Positions 10,166 through 20,129 of a stretch of DNA of 64,000 bases are shown piece by piece. The notes below the pieces were generated by a model. It saw only the letters and a list, made by a program, of their open reading frames with translations. It did no database searches and was not told where the DNA came from. Source of the stretch: an uncultured Alistipes sp. (lineage in GTDB: Bacteria > Bacteroidota > Bacteroidia > Bacteroidales > Muribaculaceae); contig CAYTBH010000002.1 in assembly GCA_964435935.1 (NCBI GenBank), positions 175 to 64,174 of the forward strand, read 5' to 3'. Positions within the stretch are counted from its first letter, which is position 1. Each line of letters begins with the position of its first letter. A program made the translations under genes and the position numbers.

Positions 10166-10870
10166 ATGGGAGCTTTGGCTGAATGGTTTGCCGATTTAGG
10201 CCGCGTTCTCTTTCCCCGCACCTGCGAAATCTGCGGACGCACTTTGGTGAAGGGCGAGAATCTGATGTGCCTCGACTGCCGCATAGGCTTCCCCTACACC
10301 GGGTTCCACTTAAAGCGCGAGAACCAGTTGACGTTAAGGCTTGTGAGCCGCCTCGCGCCCATCGAAACCGCGGTGGCCATGTACCACTACGACAAAGACT
10401 CCGACTACTCGAAACTCATTCAGCGTGCAAAATACAGCGGCCGCCCGGAAATCGACCGCCAGCTTGCCACCGAGTATGCCACGCAGATGAATGACACCGG
10501 GTTCTTCGACGACATTGACCTGATAATCCCGGTACCGATGGCACAGGGGAAACTTCTGCGCCGCGGCTACAACCAAGCCCTCGAAATAGCCGAGGCCCTT
10601 TCCAAAGCTACTGGAATTGAAGTGGGCGAATACCTCGCCGCCAAGCCCCACTCAACCCAGACGAGGAAACACGCCGACGAGCGCCATAGCAACGTCAGGG
10701 AAATCTATTCCGCAATTCCCGAAGCCGTTGAACTCGGAGGTTGCCACCTACTGGTGGTCGACGACGTGATTACCACCGGGGCCACGATTCTTGCCTGCTG
10801 CGCCGCCCTGCATCAAGCCGCCCCGACAGCGAAAATATCTATTCTCTCGTTAGCCGCTACCCAAAGATAG
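10166..10870 (+). CDS. ComF family protein (zinc ribbon + phosphoribosyltransferase)
   Basis: CEIC..CLDC zinc ribbon, RGYNQA, LVVDDVITTGAT PRPP motif. Confidence 0.9.
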   Translation: MGALAEWFADLGRVLFPRTCEICGRTLVKGENLMCLDCRIGFPYTGFHLKRENQLTLRLVSRLAPIETAVAMYHYDKDSDYSKLIQRAKYSGRPEIDRQLATEYATQMNDTGFFDDIDLIIPVPMAQGKLLRRGYNQALEIAEALSKATGIEVGEYLAAKPHSTQTRKHADERHSNVREIYSAIPEAVELGGCHLLVVDDVITTGATILACCAALHQAAPTAKISILSLAATQR

Positions 10871-10891
10871 CGCCGAAATCAAAAACCGATT

Positions 10892-11938
10892 ATGAGCGAC
10901 ACCACCTACAAAATACTCGTGCCGAACGACGACCTCGACCTCGTCACCAGGAACACTCTTGAAGCAGTTGGGCAGCATCCGCGCCTCGATATCATCATCG
11001 CGGGCCCCGGCGAAGGGAGCAAAGGTGGCATCGAGGCACCCCCGATCCGCTCCAAACTCGATTTCAAGGCAATAAGATTTTACCGCTCGCTTATTAAGCG
11101 CCTCGGCATCAACGCCACTTTCTCGCCGAGCACCTCGGGCCTCGCCACAATGATCGGGGCGACTTTCGGACGCGGCAAGGTGAAGCACATCGGCTACCGC
11201 GGCACCCAGGCCAGGGTCCATCGCTCAGACCCCGCCAACCATCTCGCGCTACTCAACCGGCGAGTCAGCCATGTTATTTGCGAAACGCCCGACATCATCT
11301 CTTACCTCGCCCCCATGATTGGAGCCGGGAAGGTGAGCGGAATGCCCAAACCGTTCCTCCTTTCTTGGGTCGACGATGCCATTGCCAATCCAAAGGGAGT
11401 AGCCGAGCTTCCTGACGATGCCCTGAAATTGATCTACATCGGCATGGCCAAAGGCCGGCCTCACAAAGGGCTCCGCCAGCTCATCGACGCCATGAACCTA
11501 CTGAAAGACCAACCTGTGGCGCTCACCGTCATAGGGAGCGCCGAGGAGGCCGACATTGCCGCAGCGCCAAAGTCGGTTGTGTTCCTCGGCCCGAAACGCG
11601 ACGCGGTCAACTACATCCCCACCCACGACCTGTTCATGCTCACCTCGACCCGCGACGCCTCGCCGCGCGTAGTGAGGGAAGCGCAGGCCTGCGGCGTGCC
11701 CTGCGTTGTCACCGACATTCCCGGGGCGCGCGACCTGATTGTCGACGGCCAGACCGGCATCCTTATCGCCCCGGACAGCCCCGAGGCAATTTCAAAGGCC
11801 GTCAAGCGCTTGCTCGACAACCGCGATGAGCTCTCGGCAATGGCCGCGAGGACACGCCGACACATCGAGGAAAATTTCTCGTTTGAAAAATATGTGAACT
11901 ACTACACTGACTTGTTCCTGAAAATATGCTCAGAATAA
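10892..11938 (+). CDS. Glycosyltransferase family 4
   Basis: HKGL, PRVVREAQACGVPCVVTDIPG, DGQTGILI GT-B C-terminal motifs. Confidence 0.85.
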   Translation: MSDTTYKILVPNDDLDLVTRNTLEAVGQHPRLDIIIAGPGEGSKGGIEAPPIRSKLDFKAIRFYRSLIKRLGINATFSPSTSGLATMIGATFGRGKVKHIGYRGTQARVHRSDPANHLALLNRRVSHVICETPDIISYLAPMIGAGKVSGMPKPFLLSWVDDAIANPKGVAELPDDALKLIYIGMAKGRPHKGLRQLIDAMNLLKDQPVALTVIGSAEEADIAAAPKSVVFLGPKRDAVNYIPTHDLFMLTSTRDASPRVVREAQACGVPCVVTDIPGARDLIVDGQTGILIAPDSPEAISKAVKRLLDNRDELSAMAARTRRHIEENFSFEKYVNYYTDLFLKICSE

Positions 11939-13740
11939 ACACCGGGCAGCTATCCGCCAAGCAACTCTTCGCATGGTTCATCGGAACGCTGTATTTCAAA
12001 TTCCTGCTTTTCGACCTCATTTGGGCATTCGCCACGACATTCTCAGGCTTCCAGTTCCCCCTGGGGTATCTCACTAAGCTCATGTTCGCGACGCTGCTCG
12101 CCGCCCCTCTGCTCGGCATACGCTCGCGGGGGTGGATTATATGCGTCTGCCTGGCGGTCGACGCATGGCTGGTCGCCAATCTGATGTATTCCCGGACCTA
12201 CTACACGGTGATACCCTTCTCAAGCTATCTTTTGGCCGGGAATCTTGCCGACTTCACAGATAGCGTCACTGAATCGCTTCGCTGGAGCGACATCCTGTTT
12301 CCCCTTACGACAATAGCCCTTGCCATCGTGATTCGCCACACATCGGTCAAGAAAGCGCTGGCAGGCAAAGTGAAGCAAGTCGCGAAAGCGCTCGGCCTCC
12401 TCTTCATTGCGCCGGGCATTGTTGTGGCCGGATGGATCACTTACAAAGGGGGATTCAAAAAGGCCTACGAAGACCTTCTATACGACTATGCCACCTGCGG
12501 GGCCGCAGTGTACACCATTCCTGCCACCTGGGTCTACGAACGTGTCTCCGGGGCCTCGGACCTCACTCCCGAAGTTGAGAGCCGCATCCAGGCGTGGCTC
12601 GACACCCGACCGGAATCCGCCCTGCCCGACTCGGTGAAAGCGACCATCACGCCCCCCGACAACATAATCATCATCCTCGCCGAGTCGCTCGAAAGCTGGG
12701 TGATCGGCACAGAAATCGACGGCATCGAAATCACGCCCAACCTCAACCGACTTGTAGCCGAAGACAGCACTCTGTTCGCGCCCAACATGCTTACCCAGGT
12801 GCGCGGCGCCCGCTCAATCGATGCCCAGCTGCTGATGCACACCGGCCTCTTCCCCGTTGCCTACGGCTCGTACAGCTACCGCTTCCCCCACACGACCTAT
12901 CCCTCGATTGACAAAGCCTGGAAACAGAAATACAGCGACGGGGTCAGCGCGAGCTTCACCGTCGACAAAAAAATCGTTTGGAACGCCGCTGTGGCGGCCA
13001 ACGATTTCGGCATCGACGTGCTCCTCGACAAGCCCTACTTCACGCTCGACGCCGCGACTGGTCCGCGCCATCGACTCGGCGACCATTCGCTGCTGAGGCA
13101 GAGCGCCGAGCGCATTGAAAACGAAGAGCTTTTCAAAACCGACGGCCACACACTATTGCAAATTGTGACCTACTCGGGCCACACGCCGTTCATCATTCCC
13201 GACTCCTTGCGCCAAATCACAATCGATGAGCGCTTTCCCAAGCGCCTGAAGCGCTATCTCGAGGTCGCAAACTACACCGACCGCGCCATCGGCACATTCG
13301 TCGACCGCATACGCCGGAATCCCAAATTCGCCAACACGATGATTGTTATCACCGGCGACCACGAAGGCATCGGTGCCGACCGCGCCCAATGGCTTCAGGA
13401 CCCCGAGATTGCCACCTTCATGTCGGCAGGCCAGTTCACCCCTCTGATCGCTGTCAACTCGCCTGTCGGCCTGAAATACGACGGCGTTCTCGGGCAAATC
13501 GACCTCTATCCCACACTGCTCGATCTTGCCGGGCTCGACAGCTATCCCTGGCGCGGAATGGGCCGCAGCATTCTCGACCCGGCCAAAAAGCCCTTTGCCG
13601 TCACCCCCGCCGGCGAGGTCGTCGGGAGCTCCGCAGAAGCATCTCCCCAGGAGATTGCCCACGCGAAGGAGGGTTACAATGTCGCTGACATCATAATCTC
13701 CACCAACTATTTCAAAAAGAAAGAGAATCCGGCCAAATAG
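11926..13740 (+). CDS. LTA synthase / phosphoglycerol transferase family membrane protein
   Basis: N-terminal TM helices, IIILAESLE, ITPNLN, HTPF, ITGDH, QIDLYPTLL. Confidence 0.85.
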   Translation: MLRINTGQLSAKQLFAWFIGTLYFKFLLFDLIWAFATTFSGFQFPLGYLTKLMFATLLAAPLLGIRSRGWIICVCLAVDAWLVANLMYSRTYYTVIPFSSYLLAGNLADFTDSVTESLRWSDILFPLTTIALAIVIRHTSVKKALAGKVKQVAKALGLLFIAPGIVVAGWITYKGGFKKAYEDLLYDYATCGAAVYTIPATWVYERVSGASDLTPEVESRIQAWLDTRPESALPDSVKATITPPDNIIIILAESLESWVIGTEIDGIEITPNLNRLVAEDSTLFAPNMLTQVRGARSIDAQLLMHTGLFPVAYGSYSYRFPHTTYPSIDKAWKQKYSDGVSASFTVDKKIVWNAAVAANDFGIDVLLDKPYFTLDAATGPRHRLGDHSLLRQSAERIENEELFKTDGHTLLQIVTYSGHTPFIIPDSLRQITIDERFPKRLKRYLEVANYTDRAIGTFVDRIRRNPKFANTMIVITGDHEGIGADRAQWLQDPEIATFMSAGQFTPLIAVNSPVGLKYDGVLGQIDLYPTLLDLAGLDSYPWRGMGRSILDPAKKPFAVTPAGEVVGSSAEASPQEIAHAKEGYNVADIIISTNYFKKKENPAK

Positions 13741-13742
13741 CC

Positions 13743-14336
13743 TCAGCGCAGCGACACGCCCGATATGCCCCCCAGGCGCGACAACAGCGCCGGGGCCGAG
13801 TCGGCGCGTATCGTAAGCGACATCTCGCAGGAATTGTCAAACGTCTGCGAAACAATAGTCACCTCGGGGTTCTTGACCACCTTCATCACATCGTTCATTG
13901 CCAGATATGGGAAGGTGAAGCTGATTGTTTCCTTTTTATGGCACTCAATAATCGTGCCGGCCTCGATAGCGAGCTTGGCCGCCTCGCGATACGCGGCGAT
14001 GAGCCCAGGCGTGCCGAGTTTGATTCCCCCGAAATAGCGCACGACGACTATTATCAAATCCGTAAGGTTAAACGAGTTAATCTGCCCTAAAATCGGTTTC
14101 CCAGCCGTGCCCGAGGGCTCTCCGTTGTCGTTGCTGAGAAAGTCAAGCCGTTCGCTTCCGAGCATATAGGCCCAGCAGACGTGGCGGGCGTCGAAATACT
14201 CCTTGCTATAGCGCTTCACGATTTCGCGGGCCTCGTCAGCCGTGGTTACGGGGATTGCGAAACTCAGGAACCGGCTGCGCTTTTCGGTGAGCGAAGCCTC
14301 GGCGGGAGCGGCGAGCGTGAAATAGGTGTCAGCCAT
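13743..14336 (-). CDS. YigZ / IMPACT family protein
   Basis: EKRSRF, ARHVCWAY, NDNGEPSGTAGKPI, VVRYFGGIKLG; start ATG 14336. Confidence 0.92.
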   Translation of the reverse strand: MADTYFTLAAPAEASLTEKRSRFLSFAIPVTTADEAREIVKRYSKEYFDARHVCWAYMLGSERLDFLSNDNGEPSGTAGKPILGQINSFNLTDLIIVVVRYFGGIKLGTPGLIAAYREAAKLAIEAGTIIECHKKETISFTFPYLAMNDVMKVVKNPEVTIVSQTFDNSCEMSLTIRADSAPALLSRLGGISGVSLR

Positions 14337-15195
14337 GCGTTTGAATTGGTTCTGGAAGCGGCGAGCGCTCAAAAGCGTCGATAAACGAGCCGGGGGTGGC
14401 GTTGTAAACCGTCGCACCCAGCGAACGAGCATAGGGCTCGACGAAATGGTAGGACCTGAAAGCCAGATAAAAGCCCCTTAGCACCTCATGAAGCGGGCGC
14501 TTGATGTAGTCGGCTTTTATGCGCGAGAGCTCCTTCTCGTTGTCTTTGTAGAAGTGGGGCTGCACGGTGGCCACGCGGTTCTGCTCGTCGACCGAGAGCA
14601 TCCCGAGCCAGGTGTGGTCGGCCCCAGTCAGGTAAATGGCCTTGAACCCCATCCACAGCCCGAGCATTATTGACGGCACCAGCACATTGCGCGGCCTCGG
14701 CATGCCCCGCCGGCTGTTGAAAGCGAGCCTCTCCACCCATCCGAAACCCTCGATGCCGACACAGTTGTAGCGGCACACCGTCACATTCGGGCTGTCGGCT
14801 ATGAGTGTGGGCACTTTGGCTCCGGCAGGCAGAAACAGTGTCAGAGGCCATGTTGCTCCCGCGAGGTTACGCATCAAAGCAGCAACGTTTGAGTCGTCGG
14901 GATTGCGGAAAAAGTGAGGGTCGGCCAGCACATAGAAATCGGGCTTCAAAGCCTTGAATTCGGGCGTATTGCCGAAGAAATTCACCGCCATCAGTTTGCG
15001 GCCCCGAAGGCGGTCGGCCTGGGTGTCGAGCACCGCGCGCAGCGACGGGCCGTTGCCGAGTATGATCAGCGGCTCATCGCCCTTGGCGCAATGGGGTATG
15101 CGGCAGCGCCTCGTCTGCAACAATATCTTTGCCAACGATTTAACCGACGCTCCGAGAGCCTCGGCCCAGTGAGCTGCTTTGTCTGTGGCACCCAT
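14329..15195 (-). CDS. GT42/Maf (DUF115)-like putative nonulosonic acid transferase
   Basis: IILGNGPSL, MAVNFF, PDFYVLADP, GFKAIYLTGADH resemble the CstII/Maf motifs IIAGNGPSL and GYKEIYLSGIDF. Confidence 0.6.
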   Translation of the reverse strand: MGATDKAAHWAEALGASVKSLAKILLQTRRCRIPHCAKGDEPLIILGNGPSLRAVLDTQADRLRGRKLMAVNFFGNTPEFKALKPDFYVLADPHFFRNPDDSNVAALMRNLAGATWPLTLFLPAGAKVPTLIADSPNVTVCRYNCVGIEGFGWVERLAFNSRRGMPRPRNVLVPSIMLGLWMGFKAIYLTGADHTWLGMLSVDEQNRVATVQPHFYKDNEKELSRIKADYIKRPLHEVLRGFYLAFRSYHFVEPYARSLGATVYNATPGSFIDAFERSPLPEPIQTHG

Positions 15196-15275
15196 CTGCT
15201 TCTAAACTTTCTGCAAAAGTAGCAATTCGGCAGCAAAATACACTCCGTTACGGCAAAATTTCGTAAATTTGCCGA

Positions 15276-16169
15276 ATGATTGAGGAGGACGACATAAAAC
15301 TCGACGTGGCCGAAGTGCTCCGCGCCAAAGCGCCCGGAGTGGCGCGCCACATCCCCCGCTGGGCTGTCAGATGGCTCGAACGAACTATCTGCCAGGATGA
15401 GATGAACCAGCTCCTCGACGAGAGCCGGGGCCTCACCGGCGCCGACTTCTGCCGCGGGGTTTTGAAATCGCTCCAAATCACCGTCGACGTTAAGAATCCC
15501 GCGCTACTCCCCTCGAAAGATGACCGCCGGGTGGTCTTCGTGTCCAACCATCCCCTCGGCGGGCTCGACGGCATGGCGCTCATCAACGTGTTGCAAAGCC
15601 ACTTCGGTGGGCAGGTATGGTTCATCGTAAACGACCTGCTGATGGCCATAAAGCCCCTGAAAAACGTGTTTCTTCCCATCAACAAGCACGGCTCCCAGTC
15701 GCGCCAGGCCGCAGCGGCCATCGACCGGGCTTTTGCCGGCAACGACCCCGTGATTATATTCCCCGCCGGCCTCTGCTCGCGGCTCGCGTCAAAATCGAGT
15801 TTCAAGGAAACGGGCCACCGCATAGCCGACCTCGAATGGCACAAGATGTTCGTCAACAAAAGCATCCAGCACAAGCGCGACATAGTGCCGATCTTTTTCA
15901 ACGGCCAGAACTCCGACCACTTCTACCGCTTCGCCCGCAACCGTAAGCGCCTGCGCATCCCCTTCAACATCGAGATGATCTACCTGCCGCAGGAGGTGTT
16001 CAAGGCCCGCGGAAAGCGGTTCGCGATCACCCTTGGCGAGCGCGTAGCCTGGGAGTCGCTCGCCGGCGGAAAGGACGCGCAACGCACCGCCGACCAACTG
16101 CGCTCGCAAGTCTACTCTCTCGACCGCCCCGGGCTCGCCGCCCCCAAAACCTCAAACCCATCAATGTAA
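15276..16169 (+). CDS. glsA: PlsC/OlsA-type O-acyltransferase, probable glycine-lipid GlsA
   Basis: NHPLGGLDG (HX4D) and IFPAGLCSR; directly upstream of an OlsB-like GNAT. Confidence 0.65.
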   Translation: MIEEDDIKLDVAEVLRAKAPGVARHIPRWAVRWLERTICQDEMNQLLDESRGLTGADFCRGVLKSLQITVDVKNPALLPSKDDRRVVFVSNHPLGGLDGMALINVLQSHFGGQVWFIVNDLLMAIKPLKNVFLPINKHGSQSRQAAAAIDRAFAGNDPVIIFPAGLCSRLASKSSFKETGHRIADLEWHKMFVNKSIQHKRDIVPIFFNGQNSDHFYRFARNRKRLRIPFNIEMIYLPQEVFKARGKRFAITLGERVAWESLAGGKDAQRTADQLRSQVYSLDRPGLAAPKTSNPSM

Positions 16170-16178
16170 TTGAAGCCA

Positions 16179-17123
16179 ATGGCAGCCGAAATAATCCCAC
16201 CAGTTGACCCCCGTCTCGTAGAGAGCGAGCTCTCGAAAGGGCGCTTCCTCCGCCACACCAACAAGGGCGGCAATGAGATATTCATTGTCAACGCCCACGA
16301 GGCTCCCGCCGTGATGAGAGAAATAGGCCGGCTCCGCGAAATCGCCTTCCGCACTGCCGGCGGCGGCACGGGCAAGGATTGCGACATCGACCAGTACGAC
16401 CTCATGGAGCCCCCCTGCCAGCAGCTCGTCGTGTGGGACCCCGGCGAGAAAATCATCACCGGCGGCTACCGCTTCATCCTCGGCAGCGACATCCGCTTCA
16501 ACCCCGACGGCACCCCGCGGATCGCCACCTCCCACATGTTCAAGTTCTCGCCGCGCTTCATCGACGAGAAGCTCCCCTACACCATCGAGCTCGGGCGCTC
16601 GTTCGTGAGACTCGAATACCAGTCGAGCCGCGCCGGGGCGAAGGCTATTTTCGCCCTCGACAACCTGTGGGACGGCCTCGGGGCGCTCACGGTGCTTCAC
16701 CCCGAAATCAAATATCTCTTCGGCAAGTTCACCATGTACCCGAGCTACGAGCCTGAGTGCCGCAACCTGCTCCTCTACTTCCTCAACAAATACTTCCCCG
16801 ACCCGGAGAACCTCGTGCGCCCCTACAAGCCGCTCGACACCCATCCCGACACCGAGCGCTACGCCGAGATTCTCAACGCGGGTAATTTCCACGACGACTA
16901 CCGCATCCTCAACGGCGAGATACGCCGCCACGGCATCAACATCCCCCCGCTGGTCAACGCCTACATGATGCTGTCGCCAACGATGAAACTCTTCGGCACA
17001 GCAATTAACGACGAGTTTGGCGACGTCGAGGAAACAGGCATATTCCTCACCATCGACGACATTTTCGAAGAAAAGAAGCGTCGGCACATCGAAACCTTCC
17101 GCTATGACGACACTCTTGAGTAA
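16179..17123 (+). CDS. glsB: GNAT/OlsB-like N-acyltransferase, probable glycine-lipid GlsB
   Basis: EIGRLREIAFR..GGGTG, IELGRSFV, LDNLWDGLG, IPPLVNAY, FGDVEETG. Confidence 0.7.
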   Translation: MAAEIIPPVDPRLVESELSKGRFLRHTNKGGNEIFIVNAHEAPAVMREIGRLREIAFRTAGGGTGKDCDIDQYDLMEPPCQQLVVWDPGEKIITGGYRFILGSDIRFNPDGTPRIATSHMFKFSPRFIDEKLPYTIELGRSFVRLEYQSSRAGAKAIFALDNLWDGLGALTVLHPEIKYLFGKFTMYPSYEPECRNLLLYFLNKYFPDPENLVRPYKPLDTHPDTERYAEILNAGNFHDDYRILNGEIRRHGINIPPLVNAYMMLSPTMKLFGTAINDEFGDVEETGIFLTIDDIFEEKKRRHIETFRYDDTLE

Positions 17124-18645
17124 GCTCCGCAGGCTCCCGCTGCTCATTCTGGGCGCGTTGCTCGCTTCCGGGCAGGCACAGGCCGAGTTTTCGCTTTCGA
17201 AAGAAGCCGAGCTCTTCGGCACCGTCGGCAACGGCCAGTTCGCGCCATATTATATGGCGGCCAACCGTTTCGGCACCCTCACCCAGAGCAAGAACGCCTA
17301 CCTGAACTATTCCCTCCGCCACGCCATCGACCCTTCGAAGCGGTTCTCCTACGGCTTCGGAGTGGGTTTCAACCTCGGCTACGCGTCGAAAGCCGACTAT
17401 CTGCGCTTCAACGAAACGGCCCAGACTCAGTGGGCGCTCCGCTCCGAGGGCCCCGCGGTGATATGGCTCCAGGAGCTTTATGGCGAGGTCAAATACCGCT
17501 CGCTCTTCCTCTCCGTCGGCATGAAGGAGCGAGGCTCGGCATTGCTCGACAACTCGCTTTCGAGCGGCGACATGGTTCACAGCGCCAACGCCCACCCCAT
17601 CCCGCAGGTGCGCGCCGGCTTCCTCGACTTCACCGACATCCCCTGGATCAACGGATGGGTGCAGCTCCAGGGCGAAATCGCCTACGGCAAGCTGAACGAC
17701 AACACCTACAACCGACACCACTATAATTATTATAACTACCACATAAACCTCGGGGCGCTCTACACCTACAAGCGGCTCTACTTCCGCACCAAGCCCGCGA
17801 TGCCATTCTCCGTCACCGTCGGCATGCAGTCGGCCGGCTTTTTCGGAGGCACAACCACCTTCTACGAAAACGGGGCGGCTGTCAACACCGTAAAGCTCTC
17901 CCGCGGCCCCAAGATGTTCCTCAAAATGCTCTTCCCCACCGACGGCGGCGTTGAATACTACGCCGGCAGCTCGCTCGGTTCCTGGGACCTATTCCTGCGC
18001 TACCGCCTACGCGACGGCTCCCTGCTCCGAGCTTACATGCAGAAGCCGTTTGAGGATGGTTCGGGCATCGGTTTCATGAACGGCTTCGACGCTCTTTGGG
18101 GGCTCGAATACAAAGCCGCGAAAAAGGGGTGGCTCTCTGGGGCCGTTGTCGAGTATATCGACCTCACAAACCAGGGGGGGCCGAACCACTGGGACCGCGG
18201 TGACTTCCCCGGCACCACCATGCCCGGCAAGGCAACCGGGGCCGACAACTATTACAACAACCTAGAATACAACTCATTCGCATACTACGGCATGTCGCTC
18301 GGCACCCCCTTCGTCCCCTCTCCCATCTACAACCGCAACGGCTGCCTCCAATTCCTCAACACCAGGGTGCGCGGTTTCCACATCGCTGTCGAGGGGCAGG
18401 CCAACGACCAATGGGGCTACCGCGCCATGGGGGGCTACCGCAAAGGATGGGGCACCCCGTTCATCCCCCTCCTCGAGCCCACCCACTCTACCTCCCTGAT
18501 GGTTGAGTGCACCTACCGCCCGCCCCGCAATCAGAAACTCCAGTTCAGCGTCCAGCTCGCCGGCGACAAAGGCTCCATGTTTGGCGACCGGTTCGCGGCG
18601 CTGCTGTCGGTGCGCTTGTCATCAGTAACAACCTTTAAGAAGTAA
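17104..18645 (+). CDS. Capsule assembly Wzi-like outer-membrane protein
   Basis: Signal peptide, LSSG.M..S.NA.PIPQVR, DNYYNN, barrel-like alternating strands; start ATG 17104. Confidence 0.7.
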   Translation: MTTLLSKLRRLPLLILGALLASGQAQAEFSLSKEAELFGTVGNGQFAPYYMAANRFGTLTQSKNAYLNYSLRHAIDPSKRFSYGFGVGFNLGYASKADYLRFNETAQTQWALRSEGPAVIWLQELYGEVKYRSLFLSVGMKERGSALLDNSLSSGDMVHSANAHPIPQVRAGFLDFTDIPWINGWVQLQGEIAYGKLNDNTYNRHHYNYYNYHINLGALYTYKRLYFRTKPAMPFSVTVGMQSAGFFGGTTTFYENGAAVNTVKLSRGPKMFLKMLFPTDGGVEYYAGSSLGSWDLFLRYRLRDGSLLRAYMQKPFEDGSGIGFMNGFDALWGLEYKAAKKGWLSGAVVEYIDLTNQGGPNHWDRGDFPGTTMPGKATGADNYYNNLEYNSFAYYGMSLGTPFVPSPIYNRNGCLQFLNTRVRGFHIAVEGQANDQWGYRAMGGYRKGWGTPFIPLLEPTHSTSLMVECTYRPPRNQKLQFSVQLAGDKGSMFGDRFAALLSVRLSSVTTFKK

Positions 18646-18649
18646 CCAG

Positions 18650-19117
18650 ATGGGTAAAACAGCATATCGTTGGCTATCGGCCATACTCCTCTTCGCGGCC
18701 ATTTTCGTCGGCAGCTGCACCCGCAACAACGGCGACATCGGCTCGAAGTTCGGCTCATGGAAACTGACCTCCCTCACCGTCGACGGCGTTCCCGCTGCCG
18801 GCTACGAGGGGAACATTTTCTGGGGCTTCCAAAACAACACCCTCACTTTCACCACGATAACCATCACCGAGGGGATTCCCGGCGACAACCTCGTGTTTGT
18901 CAACTGGCACGAGAGCGACGGCTACATCGTTCTCAACACCCTCCTCTCCGACGGCCAGGGCACATTCCGCTACACCCCGCCCGCCGTGCTGCTCCTACCC
19001 GCCCAAACCGACGGCATACGCCTGAAAATCATCTCCGAAACCTCGTCGAAGATGCGGCTCGAATACGTCACCGAGCAGGGCGAGCGCGTGCTCTACAACC
19101 TCGAAAAATGGGGTTGA
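18650..19117 (+). CDS. Lipocalin-like lipoprotein
   Basis: Lipobox VGSC, NNGDIG, GSWKL (lipocalin GxW), C-terminal LEKW. Confidence 0.7.
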   Translation: MGKTAYRWLSAILLFAAIFVGSCTRNNGDIGSKFGSWKLTSLTVDGVPAAGYEGNIFWGFQNNTLTFTTITITEGIPGDNLVFVNWHESDGYIVLNTLLSDGQGTFRYTPPAVLLLPAQTDGIRLKIISETSSKMRLEYVTEQGERVLYNLEKWG

Positions 19118-19139
19118 AAACCTTTTTGAACCCACTGAT

Positions 19140-20129
19140 ATGGCAAGGACTATAAAAAAAGCGTTAGTAACCGGGGCCGACGGATTCATCGGCTCACATC
19201 TGGTTGAGGAACTGCTCGACCGCGGCATCGAGGTGAGAGCCCTCTGCCAGTACAACTCCTTCAACAACTGGGGCTGGCTCGAAGGGGTCAGGCGCGAAGG
19301 CCTCGAAATCGTCTGCGGCGACGTGCGCGACGCCGCCTACTGCCGCCACATCGCCCGGGGGGTCGACACCATCTTCCACCTCGCGGCGCTCATCGCGATT
19401 CCCTACAGCTACGAAGCCCCCGGCAGCTACGTCGACACCAACATCAACGGCACCCTTAATATATGTCAGGCAGCCCGCGACAACGGGGTGGGCCGCGTCA
19501 TCGTCACCTCCACCTCCGAGGTCTACGGCACCGCCCTCTACGTCCCCATCGACGAGAAGCACCCCCGCCAGCCGCAGTCGCCCTACTCCGCCACAAAAAT
19601 CGGGGCCGATGCCATCGCCAGCAGCTTCCACAACGCTTTCGAGCTCCCGGTGGTCATAGCCCGCCCGTTCAACACCTACGGCCCCCGCCAGAGCGCCCGC
19701 GCCATCATCCCCACCATCATCACGCAAATAGCCTCCGGCATGCGCGAGATAAAGGTCGGCGACCTCACTCCCACCCGCGACTTCAACTTCGTGAAGGACA
19801 CCTGCCGCGGCTTCATCGCCCTCGCGACCGCCGACGGCATCGAGGGGCGCGACATCAACATCGCCACCGGCACTGAAATCTCGATGGGCGACACCCTCCG
19901 CACCATCGCCGAACTGATGGATGCCGACGTTAACTACGTCACCGACCCGCAGCGCCTCCGCCCTTCGGGCAGCGAGGTGATGCGCCTCTGCGGCGACAAC
20001 ACCCTCATCACGTCGCTCACCGACTGGCGCCCGCGGGTCACCCTCCGCGAGGGACTGGCCCAGACAATCGCCTGGTTCACCGACAAGGAGAATCTCAAAC
20101 GCTATAAACCCGACATTTACAACCGTTGA
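19140..20129 (+). CDS. legB: NAD-dependent nucleotide-sugar 4,6-dehydratase, LegB-like
   Basis: VTGADGFIGSHL, YNSFNNWGWL, HLAALIAIPYSY, TSTSEVYGTA, YSATK, KPDIYN C-terminus. Confidence 0.8.
   Translation: MARTIKKALVTGADGFIGSHLVEELLDRGIEVRALCQYNSFNNWGWLEGVRREGLEIVCGDVRDAAYCRHIARGVDTIFHLAALIAIPYSYEAPGSYVDTNINGTLNICQAARDNGVGRVIVTSTSEVYGTALYVPIDEKHPRQPQSPYSATKIGADAIASSFHNAFELPVVIARPFNTYGPRQSARAIIPTIITQIASGMREIKVGDLTPTRDFNFVKDTCRGFIALATADGIEGRDINIATGTEISMGDTLRTIAELMDADVNYVTDPQRLRPSGSEVMRLCGDNTLITSLTDWRPRVTLREGLAQTIAWFTDKENLKRYKPDIYNR

Noticed and set aside
14329-15195. MptE-like pterin kinase replacing folK
   Set aside because: Motifs and the nearby neuB fit a GT42/Maf-like transferase better; not excluded without a search
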